Positions 41,134 to 52,689 of a DNA stretch of 64,000 nt are shown piece by piece (position 1 is the stretch's first letter; every line of letters starts with the position of its first letter). Location of the stretch: assembly GCA_013265495.1 (NCBI GenBank), contig MU061579.1, positions 3,913,749-3,977,748 of the forward strand, given 5' to 3'. Position numbers and translations under genes: made by a program. Under the pieces are notes generated by a model. That model had not been told where the DNA came from and made no database searches. It was given only the letters and a program-made list of their open reading frames with translations. This DNA is from Vicugna vicugna (taxonomy: Eukaryota).

Positions 41134-42142
41134 TATTTACAGAAAAAATAAATAAAATAGGCATATTGATACAAGAAAATGAGATGCAAGAGGATGGTCA
41201 TGTCCCACGTCTTGGACAAGTACTTAGGATGCACCCCACCAAGTAAGGGTCCTTGGTTTTGTGTAGGAAAGAATTCAAGAGAAAGCCATAGCTGAGTAAA
41301 AGTAGATTTATTCAAAGAGATGTACACTCCATAGACAGAGTGTAGGCCATCTCAGATGGCCAGAGAGGCCATGAGATGTTGGGGAGGTGGGTGGTTTAAA
41401 GTAAAAATAGATACACGTTCAAAAAAACAGTATAGGCCATCTCTGAAGGCAGGAGAGGGTGACCACAAGATGTGGCAGTTAGTTTTTATGGGCTTGGTAC
41501 TTCATATGCTAACAAGTCAGAGGATTATTCCAACTAATTTGGGAAAGGGGAAGGGATTTCCAGGAATTGGGCCATTATCCACTTTTTGGCCTTTTATGGT
41601 TAACCTCAGAACTGTCATGGTGCTGGTGGGTGTGTCATTTACCATGCTAATATATTGCATTGAGTGAAAAGTGAAGCTCAAGGTCTACTGGGAGTTGAAT
41701 GTTACACTGTTTTGGCCTCAAGGTCCAAGGGAGTTGAACTTCAATTGCTGTGTCATTCTTTTAATGGTTGTACCCTGTCCCCTTCCCTCCTGTCTCAATA
41801 TTAATTTTTTTTAAAGTTTATTTGAGTAAAAATCAATTTGAATAGGGCAGCACCAGACCTTAAATGGTTAGGAATGTTTCACAGACAGGAACTAGGGAAA
41901 GGCTTTTGTAGACCAGACACAGAAAAAAATTAAGAATTTTTCGTTGGCTAGAGGTTAGGTGGTTGCCTTATTTGGGAAAGCCTATTTGGTTATTTTTGAT
42001 TGCTTGTTCTTAGATTTTAATTTCTTAACCTTGTGGCATTTATGGGAATATATTCTGGCTTAAGTTTTTGTTCAGTTTTGTAGGCTGCCAAGGCATTAGA
42101 ACACCTTCAGTCTAACAGTCTTCTTGTTCAATTACTGTAACA
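41134..42142 (-). mobile_element. LTR nested in MER34-like LTR, CTAT TSD
   Basis: ctat|tatttacag...tgtaaca|ctat. Confidence 0.7.
41167..41797 (-). mobile_element. Innermost nested LTR, ATAT TSD
   Basis: atat|tgatac...tgtctca|atat. Confidence 0.8.
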
Positions 42143-44166
42143 CTATCATACCTCCTATCTATTCTTCATGGAGCCCATTCATCTTTCCTGAAAATTGTTT
42201 ACTCTCCTCTGTATGACCTGCATGCCCCCCTTTTTTTCCCTAGTAAGGTAGTATTTAAGTCTGAATTCTAAGCCACCTGGTGAATTACTCATTTTTCCCA
42301 TGGTAGCTCCTTTGTGTACATGAGTGATGCATGTTAATAAACATCTAAATGTTTTTCTCTTGTTGATCTGTTTTTTTTGTTATAGGGTCTCAGCTACGAG
42401 CTCAGAAGGGTAGAGTGAAAATTATTTTCTTACCTTGTGCCCACAAAAGTAGTGGTAGTAGTCTACAAAAGTAGTAGACTCTACTTTTGTAAAATGGAAC
42501 ATTTTTAATTCTTATCTAATTTTCCTCTCCCCCACCCCCATCCTCTCACAAGAATTCAGAACATTGCATTGAGTTTCCTTCCTATATGTGGTTATTATAT
42601 TATTTGCATATATCCATTAAGAATATGTCCTTCTCTCTACCATGGTGTAATTGTTTACCATGATGTTAGTGGGTTAGTTATTCCCACTAACACCTGGCCT
42701 TACCTGAAATGTGGTATTTGAGAATGATGCAGATTTAATCAGATCTGACCAACCACTTTAAAAGAGCTAATTCTGATTTTATGTAATCCAGATTTGCAAA
42801 GGCCACCCAGGAAAATTGACCTGGTACCTGATTTATAGAGTTTATGGTAAGGGAATTCATCTCAGGCGAGTTGGGCACCTTAGAATATTTTGGGGACCTT
42901 AGAGAGTGGAAATTGTCCAAAGTTGTAAGTACTGTAAATCAAATCTCATAGAGAAAGTTTCTCAAGATTGGCTCCCTGGGCTCAATGTAGCAAAGAATAA
43001 AAGACTCTTATTAATCTAATCTGAGATTCCTTTTGATAACATGCAGCAAAGTAAGTTTAAAAAGATCTAATTGGTAGATTAAGATTCTTGTTGAATTTAT
43101 GTAAATAATCAGGCCAAATTTAATAAAGCCATTTTTATTTTATAGTCTATAATAATCTTTCTTTGAGATTATTTTTTGAATTAAGTGGGAGGAGCTATAG
43201 AAACAATCTGTGCTTTGATGGAAAGCTATACATTATCTAGAGCACTCCATTCCTTCTTATTTGATTAGCCTTTCACTGACTGTGAGCTGTTTTAGAACCT
43301 TTATATTGTAGGTAAATGACAGAAATGCAAATTCTTGTCTATAGACATGCAAATACATTCTGTCTGATAGAGACTCAGTTGATTTCCCTTAGCATCTTGA
43401 AGCCAGTTTTGCTTGTATTTGTACATTCATTTCAATATTCTTGATCTATAAACTTGATGTATTTAGATTCTCTTTTTTAACATCTTACTAGTTTCCTTAT
43501 TAATGATTTTAAAAGAATCTTTAACATCTGTTCATTTCGTATCTGTATGAGTGTTACGATTTTGCATTTTAAAAAAATGTTTAGCATATTGTAAACATTT
43601 CTTCTGCTTTCATACCACTCTAGTTTGAAAATGTATCTTCTTTGATTCCCTCTCAGTTTTCCAAAATTATTTTGGAAGTTTCTTCAACTCCCCTTGCTCA
43701 ACCACTCTCCTTTGTGCATGGTGGGGAGGGATGAAAGAGGTCATGGGGATAGAAAGTGATCAACAGCAGAGTAAAAGCCACTGTTCATCTTTTCTATTTT
43801 TGTTTCCCCTCTGGTTCTTATTTTTCTCACTTTTAAGGATTTTTTTTCCCCCAGACTTATCATCTTGTTACTTGATTTTTGCTTTTAAGTAATAAAGATG
43901 TGTCTGTTTTACCTTCTGGGTTACAATTTCTTATTTTGTTATGAAAATGAAAAAAGAGCTAATGTGTAATACAAGTTAAGCACATTGTTCTTACTTTAAA
44001 AAATACTCAAACATGAAAAGTATTTCTATGTGCAAAGCCCAGGCTTAATTCTAGCAGTAGTCCTGCATACCAGGAATAGTATTATTTTTATTTTGAATAT
44101 AGTAAAAAAAATTATATTTAAAATGCTGGGGAATATTCCCAAATTTGCACAACCACTAGGTAGATA

Positions 44167-44714
44167 TGTTGTCAGAAAATGAGACACCAAGGTCAGGAAA
44201 ACAAAGCAAGGATTCATTAAGGGATAGATAATACACTCTCAAGGCAAGAGCAGGTAGACCCAGGTACATAGATGCCTGGGCTTCTTTGGCAAGCTGGTTA
44301 CATGGGATGTAAAAATGAATGGGAAAAATATTTATTGGCAGAGAGAGATTCGGGGTTTCCTGATCATTATTCCAGCTCCACCTTCCTGGGTGGAAGGAGG
44401 GATTTTTTTGTCCTAATTTAGTCTTGATCAGAAAGTCTGATGAGATCATGATGAGCAAAGGTTACATTCAGATGAGGGTATAATGAGCAAAAGGTTTCAT
44501 TGGGGTGGTGGAGATTCCTGTCTTGTCTCACATTTCTTTGTCTGCCTCCAAGACACTTGTCAACCCAGAATGTATGGTTTCTTATAAGTCCAGAGGTTCC
44601 TGCTTTTCTTGGTCTGTTTAAGGACCTATGTTGTTCAGAAGATGTATGGTTTCTTGGCACTTGGTCCATGTTGTTCTTTCTCTGCTCATATCTAGCTACC
44701 CACCTGCTCTAACA
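44167..44714 (-). mobile_element. ERV1-type solo LTR with GATA TSD
   Basis: gata|tgttgtc...ctctaaca|gata; reverse complement is similar to 16032-16687. Confidence 0.88.
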
Positions 44715-45667
44715 GATAGAAAATAAAATCAAAGTGGTAGGGGGAGGTCCAGATGAAAATCACTTGTTAGTTCAGACTATTAATTTCCTTCTGTTCTTTT
44801 ATTGTCATATCTCTTCTCATATTTTCAGAGAAAGGTTATGGTGAAATATTTTTACCATATTTTATATCTAAGTGACTGATAAGTCCAGAAGTTTGTCTTT
44901 CTAAATTATATTTTTGTATATAAAGTATTATGGCTAAGTAGAGGTAGGAGATATGAAATATTTCATGTGGTTCTTAAGCTTAACTTACTTTTTTCCAAGA
45001 ATGTTATGACACACAGTCAGTCAAATGCTGGCTCCCCAAATATCACCAACACAACCTATTGATAAAATGAAGCTGAGTAATCATGACAAGGCAAGGTGCT
45101 ACCTGGGAAAGTTTTGGCACTGTTTTAAGGGGAAATAATACAATAGTTTAGGATTTGTGGAAACAGCAAGGCAAAGATTTTGAAGTGAAGGTTTCAGTGA
45201 ATCTTAAGGCACAGAATGTTTGTTGATATTTTCCATTGGAGAATTGATGAATTTTGCAAGTAGGCCTGTAGTGAACAATCAAATAATTTTTCTGGACAGC
45301 ATAGCCCTAGAAAAAAATGAAGTCATGTTACTGAGGACAGAGAAATCGCAAAACCATGCTAATATAGAAATAAAGGTGTGGTTTCAGTTCTCAGTGTTCA
45401 AACTGAGTATAAGAGTAGCTAGTTTTGTTTCTGAAAACTAACATTCAAATGCAAAAAAAAGTTTTTAAAAGTTGTTTTGAAACTTTTTTGTTACCTTTTA
45501 GTCTCAGTAAGATTATCATAAGAAGCAGAGTATGTCACTTGTCATGCAGTGACTAGGAATGTAACTGACAATGAAAACAAGGATGAGAAAGCATTTCCTT
45601 AGTCTAATGAAAAGCTAGTCAGAGTATTAGAAAAACAAATGAGATAAGGAGCACAGAGTACTTAACA

Positions 45668-45698
45668 ACACACACACACACACACATACACACACACA
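45668..45698. repeat. (CA)n microsatellite
   Basis: Seen directly. Confidence 0.95.
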
Positions 45699-45916
45699 AA
45701 TAGAAATTCTTAGCACTAAGGTATCCTGAAAACACTTGTATTTTACCCAAGTAGATCTCTTGAAAATGTACTATCATTGACAGAATTTGTACCATATTGT
45801 CAATACAGCTGCCACTGCCTCATTTCTGTCTCTTCAGATTTCTCTAGAGCTCTCATAAAATAAATGTGTCCGTAAATGTTATCACATTAAAACAACAAAA
45901 TAATAAAATTCTAAAG

Positions 45917-48900
45917 GGGACTTCAAGATGGTGGAATAGAGGATATGGAGCTTACCCTCTCCCATGAATACATCAAAAATTACATCTACACATGGAATAA
46001 TCTCATAGAATACCAACCGAACTTTGGCAGAATATCTCTTACAATTGGAACTACAAGAAAAATCCTCACAAAACTGGGTAGGAGAAGAAAAAGGAAAAGG
46101 AAACCAGAGCAGGATCTGCCCCCTTGGGAGGAAAGGCAGAGAAGGAAAAGTGCCCTCACCCTAAGAAGCCCCCTCTCCAGTGGAGAGGTTGCCTGGGACA
46201 GAAAGGGAGCTCCAGAGGCTTGTAGGAGAAAGTAGTAGCTGCTTGTCAGACAGAATGGAGAGAAACCAGCACAGAGGGTCAGTTCAACACCAGGAATGAC
46301 CCGGGAGCTGATGAGTGCAGGCTGGGACTGGGTGCTGGGGCTTGGGTTTCAGAGGATGGGCCCAGGAAGAGAACTGGGGCTGACTGCAGAGGCAGCCTCA
46401 GGGGGCTGGAGTGTGGTGCAGGCTGAGGCTGGGACTGTATGCAGAACAGCCTGGGTTTACCATAGGACCCTCCACTACTAGCACAGCAGAAGGAGGCATT
46501 CAACACAGCCTGGCCACAGCAGCCTTTTTCACAAGCCCAGAGGGTATCCCTCAGCACGATGGTTGGTGTCACACAGGTTGGGGTCCAGACATAGAAATCT
46601 TCTTGGTTTGCTCTGGAGGGCCCCAGTTGCTGGTGCACAGCTCCCAAGAAGAGGCAGAGATGAAAACTGAGTCTACTTTCAGTGGTCTCAGGACTTCTCA
46701 GGTGGGACTGAAATTTAAGTCAAGCCTCAGGCAGATGTGGTAGATTTGCTCCACTGGAGACTTTGTGGACCGGCACCTCTGGGATAACTGAGTGGAGTTC
46801 TGGTGTGTGGAGGGGGCAGCTCTTAGATTAACAAGGGTCTACACATGTGGAGGTGGGGCCGGTATCTGGGTTGGCCCTGTAGCTATTGCTGGATCATAAT
46901 GCATGGCTGCACACACACTATGGTGGTCCTGGTGCCTTATGTCAGCAGATCTACCCTGGTGGCCCTGCGGGCACAGAACCTGGGAGATACCAGAACAGGT
47001 TGCCGACATTCTCGCAGCTGAGGCAGGGAAAAGAGCAGTGTCAACAAAGTGTACTTTGAAGCCCACACAAGTGACAAACAACATCACAGAGGGCACTTAC
47101 TGGTGGACCTCTCCTGCAGAGGAATACTCAGTGGCGCATCTTCTAGCAAATGTGCTCCAGTGATCAAAGGAGCAGTACAAGAAGAGGCCATTGTACCCAT
47201 TAACACATATGCACCCCCATATTGGAGCATCTAAATATATAAAGCAAATACTAACAGACATAAAGGGAGAAACTGATGAGAATACAAGAATAGTAGGAGC
47301 CTAACAATGACATCATTGGACAGATCTTTGAGACAAAATCAATAAGGCAACAGAGATACTAAATGACACAATAGAACAGTTGGACTTAATTGATATTTTC
47401 AGGACATTACATCCCCAAAAAACAGAATGCTTTCTTTTCAAGTGAGAATGGAACATTCTCTAGGATGGAGCACATACTAGGACACAAAAGAAGCTGCAGC
47501 AAATTTAAGAAGATAGAAATTATTTCAAGTGTCTTTTCTGACCACAATGGCATGAATTCAGAAATCAACCACAGAAAGAAAAATGAGAAAACAACAACAA
47601 TAACAACAAAGAGACTAAACAACATGCTTCTGAGAAACCAATAGGTCAACAATGAAATCAAAGAAGAAATTAAAAAATACCTTGAGACAAATGAAAATGA
47701 AAACACTACCACACAGAATCTATGGGATACAGGAAAAACAGTCCTAAGAGGAAAGTTCGTAGTGACACAGACCTTCCTTAAAAAATAAGAACAATCTCAA
47801 ATAAACAGTTTAACTTACCATCTGAAGAATTAGAAACAAACAAAACCTAAAGTCAGCAGAAGGAAAGAAATAATAAAGATGAGGGAGGAAATAAAATAGA
47901 AATTTTAAAAATAGAAAAAAATCAGTCAAACCAAGAGCTGGTTTTTGAAAAGGTAACAAAATTGACAAATCTTTGTCCAGGCTCACAAGAAGAAATGAGA
48001 AAAGACAAAAATAAACAAAATAAGAAATGAAAATGGAGAAATTACAACAAAGACCACAGAAAAACAAATAAACAGACAAAAAATCATAAAAAAGTACTAT
48101 GAACAACTATATGGCAACAAATTGGACAACCTAGAAGAAATAGACAAGTTTCTACAAACTTACAGTCCACCAAACTGAATCAAAAAGAAATGGATAATTT
48201 GAATAGACCATAACACTAGAAATGAAATAAAATCAGCAATAAAAAAACCTCCCTGCAAACAAAAGTCCAGGACCAGATGGCTTCACTCAGGAATTCTACC
48301 AGATATAGAAAGAACTTACATACATCCTTCTCAAACTCTTCCAAAATATTGAAGAGGAGGGAATACTCCCAAAGTCATTCTTTGAAGCCACCATCACCCT
48401 GATACCAAAACCACCCAAAGACACTACCAGAAAAGAAAATTATAGATTAATGTCTTTGATGAATATAGATGCAGAGATTCTCAACAAACTATTAACAAAC
48501 AATCTAAGATCCACTATGATCAAGCTGGATTCATCCCAGGGACAGAAGAATGGTTCAACATACACAAATCATTCAATGTGATACAACACATTTACAAAAG
48601 AAAAAACCAAAAATCACATGATTATCTAAATAGTTGTAGAAAAAGTATTTGATAAAGTCTAACACCCATTTATGATAAAAATTCTTACCAAAGTGGGTAT
48701 AGATGGAACATATTTCCAAATAATAAAAGCTATTTATGACAGACACACAGCCAGCATAATGCTCAATGGTGAAAAGCTGAAAGCCTTCTCATTAAAATCT
48801 GGAGCAAGACAAGGATGCCCACTCTCACCACTTCTATTCAACATAGTATTGGAAGTCCTAGCCATAGCAATCAGACAAGAAAAATAAATAAAAAGGATCC

Positions 48901-49829
48901 AAATTGGAAGAGAAGAAATAAAAGTGTCCTATCTGTAGATGACATGATACTATATATAGAAAACCCTAAAACCTCCACACAAAAACTACTTCAGCTGATA
49001 AAATAATTTGGAAAGGTAGCAGGATACAAGATTAGCATAAAGAAAGCAGTTGCATGTCTTTACACTAACAATGAATTATGAGAAAACAAAAGTAAAAAAT
49101 TCCCTTTTAAAATCTCATCAAAAAAATAAAATATGTATGAATAAACCTGACCAAGGAGGTAAAAGACTTATATGAAGATAACTGCAAAGCATTTATTAAA
49201 GAAATTAAACATGATTTAAAGAAATGGAATTATATTCTATGCTCTTGAATTGGAAGAATTAATATTGTTAAAATGGCCATACTACCAAAGCAGTCTACAG
49301 ATTTAATGTGATCCCTATCAAATTACCCATGACGTTTTCCACAGAACCAGAACAAATAATTATAAAAATTATATGGAATTACGTAAGACCCAGAATTGCC
49401 AAAGCAATATTGAAGAAAAAGAAAGACATTGGAAGAATAACCCTCCCATACTTTAGACAATACTATAGCTACAATAATCAAAACAATGTGGTATTGACAC
49501 AAAATCAGATATATGTATTGATGAAACAGAATAAGAGCCAAGAAATAAATCCACACACCTAGGGTCAATTACTTTTTGACAAAGGAAGCAAGAATATACA
49601 ATGGAGAAAAGACAGCCTCTTTAGCAAGTGGTGTTGGTAAAGCTGGCATATATCTAGAGGGAACTCTAATTTGAAAAGATGCATGCACCCCTATGTTCAT
49701 AGCAGTACTGTTTACAATAGCCAAGACATGGAAACAACCTAAATGTCTACTGACAGAAGACTGGATAAAGAAGCCGTGGTGTGTATATGTGTATGTATAT
49801 ATATGCACATACATACATACATACATATG

Positions 49830-49869
<40 letters not shown>

Positions 49870-50347
49870 ATGGAATACTACTCAGCCATAAAAAATAATA
49901 AAATAATGCCATTTACAGCAACATGGATGGACCAGAAGATCATCATACTAAGTAAATTAAACCAGAAAGAAAGAAAAATACCATCTGATACTACTTACAT
50001 GTGAGAATCTAAAAAAAAGAAAAATGACATCAATGAATTTACTTACAAAACAGGCTCACAGGTGTAGAAAACAAACTTAAGATTACCAGGGGTAAAGTGG
50101 GTGGGAAGGGATAGATTGGAAGTTTGAGATTTGCAGATACTAACTACTATATATAAAATAGATAAACAACAAGTTTATAATGTATAGCACAGGAAACTAT
50201 AATATTCAGTATCTTAAAATATGCCTTTAATGAAAAAGAATATGAAAATGAATATGTATATGTATGATTGAAACGTGCTGTACAATTATAAACTGACTAT
50301 ACTTCAATGAACATAAATATAAAAAAATTAAAATTAACAAAACAAAA
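45917..50347 (+). mobile_element. L1 with 5' UTR, degraded ORF2 and 3' UTR, but lacking ORF1
   Basis: GC-rich 5' UTR (gggacttcaagatgg), endonuclease INTYAP, RT motifs [18 protein letters not shown] and VDDMILYIENPK, TSD aa(a/g)attctaaag. Confidence 0.92.
49780..49866. repeat. Compound TA/CA microsatellite inside L1
   Basis: Seen directly. Confidence 0.9.
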
Positions 50348-50466
50348 AAGATTCTAAAGAATAGGGGAACTCATATTTTTGTTAAACATGTTAAATGTTT
50401 AAAAGGTTATTTATTAGATCTGTGTGTTTGTATGTACGCATGTGTGTATGTAACGTTGAGCTTTAC

Positions 50467-50899
50467 CTCAGCATCCTTTGTTTTAGGGAAGCAGTTTTTT
50501 TGTTTCCCAATATCCCCCCTTTGTCTTTCAAGAAAAGAACTAACAGCAAAGGGCTACTCTGCCCTGACATATTCCAAGATAAAGGCCTTCTCCATTATTC
50601 CTCATGACTTCTAGAAGATTTACCAGGGATTCCTTTGTTTACCTTCCTGTCAAGGACCCAAGTTTCTCTTCCTTTTCTTTGAGATGTTCTTTATTAATGA
50701 ATGTTCTCCATAGTGCAGTAAGTTNNNNNNNNNNNNNNNNNNNNNNNNNNNNNNNNNNNNNNNNNNNNNNNNNNNNNNNNNNNNNNNNNNNNNNNNNNNN
50801 NNNNNNNNNNNNNNNNNNNNNNNNNNNNNNNNNNNNNNNNNNGATCGTAAATATTAGATAAACTTTCTCTTTGATGTCCACAATGTCTGTTTTTGGCCT
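50467..50899 (-). pseudogene. Relic exon C (interrupted by assembly gap)
   Basis: acacag|AGG...TGAG|gtaaag. RPKTDIVDIKEKVYL~AKENEILDVKNEVYL; TKESLVNLLEVMRNNGEGLYLG~TSHNLKLLQEALMPVSALDLG. In-frame stops present. Confidence 0.7.
50725..50842. other. Assembly gap (118 N)
   Basis: Run of n. Confidence 1.
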
Positions 50900-51409
50900 C
50901 TGTGTTGCTGCCACATCATTGACAAACACCAAATGAAGGGGCATGAAAAGACACATTAAGAGAAGAGTAAAAGTTCTATGTTATTCAGGCTTAACTTTAT
51001 GGAGCATATGGAGCACATATATGGAGCAGCTCATTTTATTCACATGTATGGAACAGCTGTAGAAAAGTATGGGGCTTTGGCATTTGAGGCTTTAAATTTT
51101 AGTTTCTTCACTCTTTATTATAGTTGAGCAAATCACTAAATCTTACTCTCTTTATCTGTAAAATGGGAATAAAAGAGATCACACAGAAATATTTTTAAGT
51201 TGTATAAGATGTGTATACATTTCCTAGTAGAAAGTAGATGTCAGTATTCTTCCCTCTTAATTACTGTGTTTTATTCTATCACTTCATTAAGAAAGATATC
51301 TAATAAGTTCATTTATATTAATATATAAATGTGGAAGCCTAATGTTTCCTCTATTACAGGTATTTGATTTGAGACATTATCAGAGCTATAATCCAGAGAA
51401 AACACAAAC

Positions 51410-51611
51410 AAGGATGATCTGATGCAGTTAATATAATTCTCTGATATTATAAAGATTATGAAAATGTTCCTGAGGTCAAACCATCAGGCAGGCATCTTCT
51501 CTGCCTCTGTGTAGGTTCAACCTAGAATGCAATTTGAATATGCAGATACAGTTATCCATACTTATTATATATTTCTGTCTTCATTCAAACTTAGTTAATT
51601 TGGTTTTCAGA
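51410..51611 (-). pseudogene. Relic exon B
   Basis: cactaag|T...CTT|gtttgt, 202 nt. The phase-2 join to exon A gives TGFQFLKT~TYVAFLKS. 68 residues versus 67 for the matching CCDC141 stretch; 3 in-frame stops. Confidence 0.5.
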
Positions 51612-52689
51612 CTTAGTGGGACAAATAATATAACTTCCGTTTGTTCAGAAATGACAATATATATAAAACGGAAATGATAATATATAAACATCTCTTATAT
51701 GTAGGCACATGTGTGGGAAAATAGCAACCAGACATTAGGACTTTTGAAAACCTGTATCCCCAAATCCAAATCTCACCTTCAGATTTAATTACTTGATTTC
51801 CCTAGGATTGTTGTTAAAAAAACAGGAAATTTTGATAATCATTGTCATAACTGTAGTTTTTTTTTATGTGTGTATACTTGGCATACTTTGTTTTCGTAGT
51901 AAATTGGCAGACATTTAAGATTAACCTATCCTTTGCTGTATAAAGTAGTCTGGAATTATTTGAGAAAGTGTTTAAATCTCTGTGGAGGATTTGAAAATAT
52001 TGAGGAATTGAGATGTATGCCTTAAAAAAAAAGTAAATGAAAATCCTTGAATAGTTAGTGCTATGTTAAGGTGACCACACTAAAAGTGTTTCAGAAATTC
52101 AAAGAGGAAAAAAAAAAACAGTATAAATTAGTGTAATTGCATTATTGGCTTTCAAGGCTAGAATATTTGTTGCTCTATTTAATTCACAATAGGCAATTGA
52201 TCGTGTTTTTAAATGAATAAATGAATATATGAATGAATGATTGAATGGTAACACTCACAGGCACATACATGTACAGTAAAACATTCATGATGGGATGTTA
52301 ATGATCCATCTCATGTTAATGATTTGTCTTTGACAAATGTATCAGCTAGGTTAATGTAAAGAAAGCAGAAAATAATTACACATAGAAGGGGAATGATGAG
52401 CAAAACCACAGAAACCACAATTACAATGAACTAAATGAACTATAGGGTTAAGTAAAAAGCATCCATGACAAAGCTATTTAGAGATAGAGTGAATGGGTGA
52501 AATAAAGCATCTTTTAAAACTTATGCATATATATATTTTTAAAAGTCAGTATTTCCATAAAAATCTTTATAGAAACTACTGATATCCTTCCATCTACCTT
52601 CCCTGCTCAAAACCTTTTTTTCATTTCTCATTGGTAACACCACTTTCAAATTGTGACATAATTTATAGGTAATCAATCACCTCCATGTT

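Larger units (their letters stand above)
37450..43400. mobile_element. MER4-group ERV internal remnants carrying multiple inserted LTRs (~37853-38331, ~38740-39270, ~39697-40220, 40874-42439)
   Basis: Internal motif gagattcc...cagcaaag...atgtaaataatcaggccaaatttaata at ~43020-43130; MER34-like LTR starts tgaag..agaatatgccacccc aaaatat. Confidence 0.6.

Noticed and set aside
45945..50004. Many overlapping ORFs
   Set aside because: These are L1 5' UTR and broken ORF2 fragments, not host genes.
51360..51425. Plus-strand exon candidate (VFDLRHYQSYNPEK)
   Set aside because: Hits a stop quickly, has no good donor, and abuts or overlaps minus-strand relic exon B.
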